DNA of 64,000 nucleotides from Macrostomum lignano. Its lineage: Eukaryota. A model generated the notes under the pieces. The model was not told the origin of the DNA and ran no database searches. It worked only from the letters and a program-made list of their open reading frames with translations. Within the stretch, counting starts at the first letter, position 1. Every line of letters starts with the position of its first letter. The stretch is taken from the NCBI GenBank assembly GCA_002269645.1, contig NIVC01000879.1:18666-82665 (forward strand), written 5' to 3'. Positions 50,401-62,400 of the stretch are shown piece by piece. A program made the translations under genes and the position numbers.

Positions 50401-53400
50401 GCTCTCATTGGCTGGCGCGAAAGCCTTCCTTTCAACCCCTTCGATTTCATTCCCTCACCCCTTCCACACAAGAAAGCTTTATAACTTTAATGCGCGGAAC
50501 GAAAGGATGTCTTACCAGTTTCAACAGTTTAGCAAGAATGAAGTCGACACGCAAGTGTTCCGGAGTTGGGGGAATGTACACACGTGGACTCAATGTGCAT
50601 AGCGTGGCCCAGCCAATAGGAGCGCAGTGAATAAAGTGATGGTCACAATTTAGACACTCCGCGGGGGCAGGGGTGGAATCTATGTATACTTTATCTATGG
50701 TACAAAGGGTAAGAAAATCAGGACAAAGAGGTTGCGTGAGAAGGAAAATGGACGATTGCTTGACCGTAAGGACAGAAGCAGACAAGCATAGAGGGTATAC
50801 TTCATTGATTGCTACGCACGGTATAATTGGGGTTTCAATCGATTTTCTCTCAATTTTCTCTTCGTCACCAATATCCAGGGCTCCTGCGTTGCAAAGCCGC
50901 ACTGTCCATGCATCTATCTCGGCACCGAGTATCTGCCAGGGCACATCTTGAAAATCGGCTGCAAGACCTACAAATGCGTGTCTAGAACTTGGACTAAAAT
51001 AGCGGAGGACGCCACTAAATGCGAAGGTGGGTGATGCAAAAATTCTGTGCTGCCATGTCATACAGTCAGCCAATTTTTTTCAAAATAATAATTCACAAAC
51101 AATTTGAGCACAATTTTTGTATCACTTGCAGCCGTCTGTGTGGCCTATGGTGATCCGCACTACAGCACATTCGACAGGAAGGCCTACTCGTTTCAGGGCA
51201 GCTGCCAGTACATCCTCATGAAGTCCGACGCCAACGCCGCTCTGGGCTTGCCGCCTATCGAGGTCTCGGCTCAGAATATTCCCTGCGGCTCCCAGCAGGT
51301 CACCTGCACCAAGTTTGTGCGGGTCAAGGTTGGCTCGGACACCTACGTGCTGGTGCGGGGCCGGGAGCCCGACCAGCTTCCCGTGGCTATGAACTACGGA
51401 ATGCGCAGGTGAGGAAACGAAACGTGTTCTATCTGACAGATTGCTGTAACATCTGGTTCTATCTGACATATTGCTGTAACAGCTAGTTCTATCTACCAGA
51501 TTGCTGTAACAGCTGGTTCTATCTGGCATATTGCTGTAACAGCTAGTTCTATCTACCAGATTTCTGTAACAGCTGGTTCTATCTACCAGATTGCTGTAAC
51601 AGCTGGTTCTATCTACCAGATTGCTGTAACAGCTGGTTCTATCTACCAGATTGCTTTAATACCATTTATATTTGAAAGACTGATGCAAAAGCGTCACAGA
51701 TATTTCTATCTAATCTAACGCACTGCCGTGACAAAACGTTCCATCTAAAAGTCTAGCTATCTAACCCAAAGCGCCTCCCGAACACCAAATCTACCAGGGA
51801 GAAATTCACGCTGTTCACTCAGCTGGTGTCGGACCAGCTGGGCCTGCGCATCCTGTGGGACAGATCAACCAGAGTGTACGTGTTCGTCAAGCCACACTTC
51901 AACAGCAAAGTCAGCGGACTGTGCGGCAACTTCGACGGGAACGCCGACAACGATTTCACCATAAAGAACTTGCCGATCAACAATCCCATCGAGTTCGCGT
52001 CCAACTTTCGCACCGGCGGCGACAGCTGCGCGTCGGAGGAGAGCTCCGCCTCCAAGTCGCCGCAGAGCTGGATTGAGATGTGCACCGCCAACAGCCGGCG
52101 GCGGGACTACGCCGAGTCTGTCTGCGGCGCCATCAAGAGCAAGACTGGCGTGTTCAGCGCCTGCCAGCAAGTCTTAGAGCAGGACGTCATCGAGAACTTC
52201 TACGAGAACTGCATGTACGACGCCTGTGGCTGCGACACTGGCGGCGACTGCGAGTGCGTCTGCACTGTGCTGTCCGCCTTCGCCACCACCTGCGCTGAGA
52301 GCGGCGTCTCCGTGCAGTGGCGCTTCCAGGACCAGTGCCGTGAGCCGAATATACTACTGTCAGGGTCCGCTGAATTGGCAGTAGGGGGCGTCTAGCAGTG
52401 CTTGGAACTTATTGGGCGATTTATTTAAAGAAATAATTGTTCGCTTCAAAGTAACTTGGCAGGATTCGGCATTTCTGTTTTTTTATCACATGGAACTTAA
52501 ACACGTACTACTTTAAAAACTTGATGATCCAGCTAACTAAAAGCTACTTTCAGTTCAGTAGAAAGTTATTAAATAGAAGTATTTTAATGTATTTTAGGTC
52601 AAGACTCGTTCATTGGTCCTCTTACCCTCGTCAAGCTTAATCCCACCGGCCGCGGCTTTCCGCACAAAATCTCTTACCCCCACCCGCCGCCCAATTTTTA
52701 TTGCCTTTCTCAGTGTTCCAGTCTGAAGCTGCCATGTACATATATAGGCTCGTGTATTGGATCCGGCCGCGGCTTTCCGCACAAAATCTCTTGCCCCCAC
52801 CCCGCCGCCCAATTTTTATTGCCTTTCTCAGTGTTCCAGTCTGAAGCTGCCATGTACATATATAGGCTCGTGTATTGGATCCGGCCGCGGCTTTCCGCAC
52901 AAAATCTCTTGCCCCCACCCCGCCGCCCAATTTTTATTGCCTTTCTCAGTGTTCCAGTCTGAAGCTGCCATGTACATATATAGGCTCGTGTATTGGATCC
53001 GGCCGCGGCTTTCCGCACAAAATCTCTTGCCCCACCCCGCCGCCCAATTTTTATTGCCTTTCTCAGTGTTCCAGTCTGAAGCTGCCATGTACATATATAG
53101 GCTCGTGTATTGGATCCGGCCGCGGCTTTCCGCACAAAATCTCTACCCCGCCCCGCTGTCTGCCTAAAGCTGCCTGCCATGTACATTTCAGCGGCGCTGG
53201 CTAAATGTACATTACCAATAGCCACTTGTTTACGTCTGCAAGTCACACCAGCTGCCTTTGTTTTCCTAAAATAGCTTACACATTCTTGCTTGCTACTGAA
53301 CTGAAAGTAGAGAAAGTGTTTAACAAGTAAATCTACCCAAAAAGCCCATCCAGTTATTATAGTATCTATGGCTTCCATGTTCACCTGCCCGTTTCTACTG

Positions 53401-56400
53401 GCAACACGCGCAACTGTACGAGCTACTCTTGAATTGCTATTAGACGAAACAGTTAGCACCTGACAGCTTCTCAGCCCATAGAGACCTGAAAAGTGTGTTG
53501 CCAGTGGAACAATGTCCTTGCGATTATAAAACTTCTGCGCATGCACATTATTTAATTAGTAATCTCTATACCTTTCTGGTTATCCTGAGAATATTTGAAG
53601 CCACAAGTGAGAAATTGATAAAGTTAATCAGCATTTAGCGTTACATCCTCTTTCTACCAGGGGTAATTTATTGCAGTTATTACAATTTTCATATTACTGT
53701 AACCCTATTGCTGCAGCCATCATGTGCACTGGCGGTCGCGTCTACCAGCCCTGCATGCCACCCTGCGCCAAGACCTGCCACAATGTCGGCCTGGAGCCGG
53801 AGCCCCACTGCGTCAACAGCCAGTGCATCGAGGGCTGCGCCTGCCCCAACGGCTATGTTGAGCACGACAATGAGTGCATACCCAGTGACAACTGTCCCTG
53901 CTTCTACCAGGGCAAGGAGTACCCAAAGGTTCTGTCATTCACAATACCACTAGCTGTTCAACCTGCAGCTGCACCAAAGGCGGTGTGATGAACTGCACTA
54001 GCGACAGCTCAGTGTGCCGGCCGACTAAGCCAACTTGCACTGAGAACCAATACGCGTGCAATGTGACCGGGATGTGCATCAGCTACAGCCAGTTCTGCGA
54101 CGGCACTCTGGACTGTCTGTACGGAGACGACGAGAAGAACTGCAGTAAGTAGCATGCGATTGTGTATAGCTAGCTCATTGCGAGCTGGTCTTCAACCTGG
54201 CCCATGCAGTAACTCGGATCTGGGAGGCTGGCCCAGCAACTGAGGACCTGGTAGGCCGGCGGTGACCCAGAAACTGAGGATCTGGAAGGGTAGCGAGAGT
54301 CATGTGAGTCATGAGGGTCTGGGAGGGCGGCGGTGGCCTGACGTTGACTCCGGGAGGGTGACCCAGTAACTGAGAATCTGGAAGGCTGGCAGCCCAACCT
54401 AAGGATCTGATAGTGTGGCGGGGCGAAAAACAAGCCAGAGCACCCGAACTCAACCCGCAGACACAACCTGCTCGCCGTCGTACTTCCGCTGCATCACAAC
54501 GCAGCAGTGCGTGGCCATGTCTCTCAAATGCGACGGCATTCCTCAGTGCACGGACGGTTCGGACGAGTTAAACTGCGGTGAGACCAGACGAACTGAAGAA
54601 TCCACCATTTGCATATTGATTTTAAAGTTTTATTACAATAATGAACCGAGAATATATTTTACGCATACTTAGGACTCGAATGCTAAACCGCATCTCATTG
54701 CAGGTTGCAATCCAACTGAGATTCAATGCAACAAAACCGGCAAATGCCTGCCAAAGCAGAAACGATGCGACGGAGTCTACGACTGTGGACTGCCCGACAC
54801 GACTGACGAAGGCGACTGCAAGAGTGAGAAATATTTTATGGAAATTGTTTAAAATTTGAAAAACTTTTATAAAAGTCGCTAATCGACTTCATTCATAAAA
54901 CTGCTTATTTTCCACCTGGCAGAGTGCGACGAAGTGTCTGAGTTCAAATGTGGGGCAGCAGACACCACAGAAACCAAGTGCATTCCACGAGTCAACCACT
55001 GCGATGGCCACGACGACTGTGGAGACGGCAGCGACGAAATTGGCTGCAGTAAGCTCAGAAAGTCAAAATCGCAAAAACTAGCGACTTTTTAATTTAAACT
55101 TGGAAACTAATCAATCTTACATTTAGAATGCCTCTGCATGGAAAAGGACACTGTTATATGCGATCAGTGCAAGTGCATCAATGTGACACAACTCTGCGAC
55201 GGAAATCGCGATTGCGAAGTGAGTAAAAAATTTTAAATTTTGTTTTAGCTGAACCTGCTCAAATATTAATAAATAAAATTGAATTAATCATATAAAAAAA
55301 CTTTTCCGCCAAACGAAATGAAGGACGGAACCGATGAACAGTCTTGCACAACAACATCTACGACAACTACAACAACTACGCCGACATCTACAACAACGTC
55401 AACATCAACATCAACATCGACAACGACAACAACACCTACAACAACGACGACTTCGACGTCGACGACCACAACTCCATCGTCTACAACAACTACGACACCA
55501 TCATCAACAACGACAACCTCAAGCTCAACAACGACCACAGCACCAACGACGACAACCTCGACGTCGACCACCACGACATCGCCGTCGACGACTACTACGC
55601 CGCCTTCGACAACCACGACTACAGAGAACATTCTTGCAAAGAGCACCTCCTTGCCGCAGCGTTGCATTGAGGAAGACGGCATGGCGAACAATGGTCCAAT
55701 TGGGTTGAGCGACATCTCTGTGAGTGCTTCCACTCAAGGTGTTGGACTCATTGCGCAAAGCGAGTTGAACCTCCTTCGTCCGTCGACGAGTGGTCTTGAT
55801 GTCAACCGCGCACCTTCAGTAACCCGCAAAGATGAAAGCATTTCCTTTGACTTCAATGTCAGTGGCGACGACGGCAGTCAGTCGATTATTGGAAAGCTCA
55901 GCATCATTTCAAGCACTCCAGGATTGATTACGTCAATCCAGCTGTATAAATCGTCTGGCGTTGCTGCAACCTTCACATTAGTAAAATCTGCCAACAGTGC
56001 TGAGGACGTGGCCACGTGTAGCAATAACTTTATCGAGTGTGCCTCAATCGGCGGCCTTGGTCTACAGACAAACAGAATCAGAATCAAGTTCAACTTCATC
56101 AATACGAACAACCTTCCGGTCAATGTTCAGGTAAGCATGCTAGGATGTTACACAAGACTTTCGACCACAACATCAACGTCGACGTCGACGTCGACGTCTA
56201 CGACAACATCCACATCAACCACAACTACGCCGCCGTCGACCACAACCACTACGCCAACATCGACGACGACAGCCTCAACGTCGACTACAACAACGCCGCC
56301 GTCGACCACAACTACTAAGCCGACGTCTACCACTATCACATCGTCAACAACAACAACATCGCCAACTACAACGTCTTTTTCGACATCGACAACGACAACA

Positions 56401-59400
56401 ACGACACCAACAACGACTTCTGCAACGACAGTCACCACACCGTGCACCGGGGACAACGTTCGCTGTCTAAATGCCGCTGGTGTCAGCATTTGTGCCCACG
56501 TATGCGATGGCATCGTTGAGTGCAGGAACGGAGAAGATGAACCTCCGTCGTGCTTGTGTAAGCTGGCAAATCATATTGTGACAGCCTCTGTCTTGTAGTA
56601 GCGGGTATGCCTTGTATCTTCTTCGTAGCCTTAGATATTCTCTTTGTCGATGATCGTACGGTCGTAGAAGCATACCAATAGCTAGCATCGAATATAGTGG
56701 AATTCGATATGCCCGTACGTTGTCTTTAGTTTCTGCTCAATGCATCACACTGACGAATTTCAATCATATAGGCAATCTTAAGCTGTGTCTCGTACGAGCT
56801 TATTTCTTGGCATATAGACGATTTACTCGTACTGAGTATGTAGACAAACCCTCCATTAAGTGACTTCATTTTTGCATTTGCTGTAAAAAGTTGAGAACTT
56901 ATCCGAAAACTATTTAAACAAATTTCAAACAGCTGTCAGTCAAAGCAGCCTTCTAAAAGTTTTCCCTCTGACCTAAATAGGTTATTCAAGCTTTAGTAAA
57001 AATAGAACAACAGAATTGCCTTTAACCTTTGCGCATTGCAGCCACAACAACAACGACTACGTCGACAACTACCGGCATCGTGCGAGTTTGCGAGCCAGAT
57101 GAACAGGATGGAATGGCGACGGACTCGGTGATCAGAGACGAGGACATCAAAGTGAATCCCAGTTCGTCAGCCAAGAAGCCGAAGTCTGACCTGCGGCCAG
57201 TCTCACCAGACTACTTTGTTCTTAACACAACGGGACTGAACGCGACATTAACAATCTCGCTGACACAAAACACTAAAATCAACTCTCAGTTGACTCGGCT
57301 TGAGCTAATATCGACGGACTTTTTCATTCCAACTGCATTTATAGTCGTTGAATTTAAAAAAGCTGAGGATTCGGACTACACACAATTGGCTAACTTGACG
57401 AGCACTAGCAGAAAATGCTTCCCGGATCTGCTGCACTGCGCTTTGCCAGCCAATTCAAATCCGTTGACGGCGCAAGAAGTTCGGCTGACGTTTTCATTCG
57501 TGCAGGAAACAACCATGTCCTTAAAGCTCTCGGTCTTTGGTTGCTTTGAAAAACTAACAACAACTCTGCCGCCAACCACAATGTACACCACAACTGAACT
57601 TGTAAAGCAAAGACGGAGACCACGCCTCCTCGTTGCGTAGAAAAAGATGGTATGGCAGATTCGAACATAATCACCACGGAAGAAATGTACATTAGAAGCG
57701 CATCTCTCGGAGTGAATTCGTATGCCGACCGCAGTTTAGATGATCTAAGGTTCAGCAAAGCAGGAACTGGATTCCAAATCACAGGCAATACAAATACACC
57801 AACGACAGAGTCCATTCAGCTGGATTTCTTCGTTGCAGGTGACGACGGAAGTGCCTCGATAATAGGTGCACTGCAAATTGCCCAGGTTGGACCCAAGTCA
57901 CTGATAAAAAAGGTGGAGCTCAGAGCCAATTACAACAATTCATCACCCGAAGATTTGATTGTAAGCGCCACTGAAACATCAGGCATAACAGCTTGCTTTA
58001 ATGACATGATCCAATGCGCGAAAATACCTGGCCAAGGACTAACGGCAACGAAAATATCCATTACGATTTCCTTTGTTAATATAATGCCTCAGCACATAAA
58101 ACTACAAATACTCGGGTGCTATCAAACTATCGAAACGTCGACAACAACCACGACGTCGACTACGACAACGCCGCCGTCGACCACAACTACTACACCAACG
58201 TCGACAGCAACCACAACGCCTTCTACGACCACGACACCGCCGTCGACGACAACTACGACACCATCAACTACGACCACTACACCAACAACCACGACAACGT
58301 CGACGTCGACTAGTACTACAACGCCTTCCACTACTACAGTGCCGCGTGTTTGTATTGAAATTGATGGACTTTCGAACCCATTCATCATCTCACCATCGAA
58401 TATTCAAGTAATCGGTGGAACACAGTCTGGATACACGGCTTCTGATTTAGAAAAGTTGCGCCTGTCATCACCAGTCCCATTTAATTTGAACCGGCCAACG
58501 GCCACATCTTTTAGTAATCCAAATGAGAACATTCTAATTGAAGTGAACCCTGCAGCTGAATCGACCAGCGGAGTAGAGATTGGACGAATTGAGCTGAGGT
58601 TTACAGCCCCCGAAGTAACAGCCGTTCGAGTGTACAACAAGCCGACGCTTTCTCAACCAAATTGGGACACTTACTATTTCTCTGGCAGCAATCTCACGAA
58701 CTGCAAGTCAGACCTAATGGTGTGCCTTAGTACAGTCTCTATTGTGTCGAAAATGCTTCGATTCGAGGTCTTCTACACATCTGTAACTGACAAAAACAGC
58801 ATCGACCTCCAAATTGGAATATATGGATGTTTCAAGCAAGGCTCCACAACTTCACCGGCGACAACGACCACGCCCACATCGACGACTACCACTCCAACGT
58901 CAACAACCACAACAACGCCTTCAACAACTACCACCACTCCGTCGTCAACAACAACCACAACGGCTTCAACAACTACAACACCAACTTCGACGACAGCTAC
59001 TACAACACCAACTTCGACGACCACAACCTCGACGTCGACTACGACAACGCCGCCGTCGACCACAACCACTACACCAACGTCGACAACAACCACAACGCCT
59101 TCAACAACAACTACAACACCAACATCGACGACGACAACTACAACACCTCCGTCTACAACTACGACCTCAACATCGACAACCACAACGCCAACGTCGACTA
59201 CAACTACGCCAACGTCGACTACGACTACGCCAACGTCGACAACTACAACGCCTACATCGACGACAACAACACCTACAACAACAACGACCTCGACGTCGAC
59301 GACCACAACTCCACCGTCTACAACAACTACGACACCATCATCAACAACGACAACCTCAAGCTCAACAACGACCACAGCACCAACGACGACAACCTCGACG

Positions 59401-62400
59401 TCGACCACCACGACATCGCCGTCGACGACTACTACGCCGCCTTCGACAACCACGACTACAGAGAACATTCTTGCAAAGAGCACCTCCTTGCCGCAGCGTT
59501 GCATTGAGGAAGACGGCATGGCGAACAATGGTCCAATTGGGTTGAGCGACATCTCTGTGAGTGCTTCCACTCAAGGTGTTGGACTCATTGCGCAAAGCGA
59601 GTTGAACCTCCTTCGTCCGTCGACGAGTGGTCTTGATGTCAACCGCGCACCTTCAGTAACCCGCAAAGATGAAAGCATTTCCTTTGACTTCAATGTCAGT
59701 GGCGACGACGGCAGTCAGTCGATTATTGGAAAGCTCAGCATCATTTCAAGCACTCCAGGATTGATTACGTCAATCCAGCTGTATAAATCGTCTGGCGTTG
59801 CTGCAACCTTCACATTAGTAAAATCTGCCAACAGTGCTGAGGACGTGGCCACGTGTAGCAATAACTTTATCGAGTGTGCCTCAATCGGCGGCCTTGGTCT
59901 ACAGACAAACAGAATCAGAATCAAGTTCAACTTCATCAATACGAACAACCTTCCGGTCAATGTTCAGGTAAGCATGCTAGGATGTTACACAAGACTTTCG
60001 ACCACAACATCAACGTCGACGTCGACGTCGACGTCTACGACAACATCCACATCAACCACAACTACGCCGCCGTCGACCACAACCACTACGCCAACGTCGA
60101 CAACAACCACAACGCCTTCAACAACAACTACAACACCAACATCGACGACGACAACTACAACACCTCCTTCGACGACGACAACTACAACACCGACTTCGAC
60201 GACGACAACTACAACACCGACTTCGACGACGACTACTACAACACCTACTTCGACGACGACAACTACAACACCTACTTCGACGATGACAACTACAACGCCG
60301 ACTTCGACGACGACTACTACTACACCTACTTCGACGACCACAACCTCGACGTCGACTACGACAACGCCGCCGTCGACCACAACTACTACACCAACGTCGA
60401 CAGCAACCACAACGCCTTCTACGACCACGACACCGCCGTCGACGACAACTACGACACCATCAACTACGACCACTACACCAACAACCACGACAACGTCGAC
60501 GTCGACTAGTACTACAACGCCTTCCACTACTACAGTGCCGCGTGTTTGTATTGAAATTGATGGACTTTCGAACCCATTCATCATCTCACCATCGAATATT
60601 CAAGTAATCGGTGGAACACAGTCTGGATACACGGCTTCTGATTTAGAAAAGTTGCGCCTGTCATCACCAGTCCCATTTAATTTGAACCGGCCAACGGCCA
60701 CATCTTTTAGTAATCCAAATGAGAACATTCTAATTGAAGTGAACCCTGCAGCTGAATCGACCAGCGGAGTAGAGATTGGACGAATTGAGCTGAGGTTTAC
60801 AGCCCCCGAAGTAACAGCCGTTCGAGTGTACAACAAGCCGACGCTTTCTCAACCAAATTGGGACACTTACTATTTCTCTGGCAGCAATCTCACGAACTGC
60901 AAGTCAGACCTAATGGTGTGCCTTAGTACAGTCTCTATTGTGTCGAAAATGCTTCGATTCGAGGTCTTCTACACATCTGTAACTGACAAAAACAGCATCG
61001 ACCTCCAAATTGGAATATATGGATGTTTCAAGCAAGGCTCCACAACTTCACCGGCGACAACGACCACGCCCACATCGACGACTACCACTCCAACGTCAAC
61101 AACCACAACAACGCCTTCAACAACTACCACCACTCCGTCGTCAACAACAACCACAACGGCTTCAACAACTACAACACCAACTTCGACGACAGCTACTACA
61201 ACACCAACTTCGACGACCACAACCTCGACGTCGACTACGACAACGCCGCCGTCGACCACAACCACTACACCAACGTCGACAACAACCACAACGCCTTCAA
61301 CAACAACTACAACACCAACATCGACGACGACAACTACAACACCTCCGTCTACAACTACGACCTCAACATCGACAACCACAACGCCAACGTCGACTACAAC
61401 TACGCCTACGTCGACTACGACTACGCCAACGTCGACAACTACAACGCCTACATCGACGACAACAACACCTACAACAACAACGACCTCGACGTCGACGACC
61501 ACAACTCCACCGTCTACAACAACTACGACACCATCATCAACAACGACAACCTCAAGCTCAACAACGACAACCTCAAGCTCAACAACGACCACAGCACCAA
61601 CGACGACAACCTCGACGTCGACCACCACGACATCGCCGTCGACGACTACTACGCCGCCTTCGACAACCACGACTACAGAGAACATTCTTGCAAAGAGCAC
61701 CTCCTTGCCGCAGCGTTGCATTGAGGAAGACGGCATGGCGAACAATGGTCCAATTGGGTTGAGCGACATCTCTGTGAGTGCTTCCACTCAAGGTGTTGGA
61801 CTCATTGCGCAAAGCGAGTTGAACCTCCTTCGTCCGTCGACGAGTGGTCTTGATGTCAACCGCGCACCTTCAGTAACCCGCAAAGATGAAAGCATTTCCT
61901 TTGACTTCAATGTCAGTGGCGACGACGGCAGTCAGTCGATTATTGGAAAGCTCAGCATCATTTCAAGCACTCCAGGATTGATTACGTCAATCCAGCTGTA
62001 TAAATCGTCTGGCGTTGCTGCAACCTTCACATTAGTAAAATCTGCCAACAGTGCTGAGGACGTGGCCACGTGTAGCAATAACTTTATCGAGTGTGCCTCA
62101 ATCGGCGGCCTTGGTCTACAGACAAACAGAATCAGAATCAAGTTCAACTTCATCAATACGAACAACCTTCCGGTCAATGTTCAGGTAAGCATGCTAGGAT
62201 GTTACACAAGACTTTCGACCACAACATCAACGTCGACGTCGACGTCGACGTCTACGACAACATCCACATCAACCACAACTACGCCGCCGTCGACCACAAC
62301 CACTACGCCAACGTCGACAACAACCACAACGCCTTCAACAACAACTACAACACCAACATCGACGACGACAACTACAACACCTCCTTCGACGACGACAACT

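Noticed and set aside
53929-53968. A 40-nt intron (GTTCTG...CTGCAG) as a fix for the first frame break
   Set aside because: Splicing at 53929 leads to a stop (CAC TAG). The in-frame alternative 53919-53968 removes conserved cysteines of the module, so it is disfavoured but not excluded.
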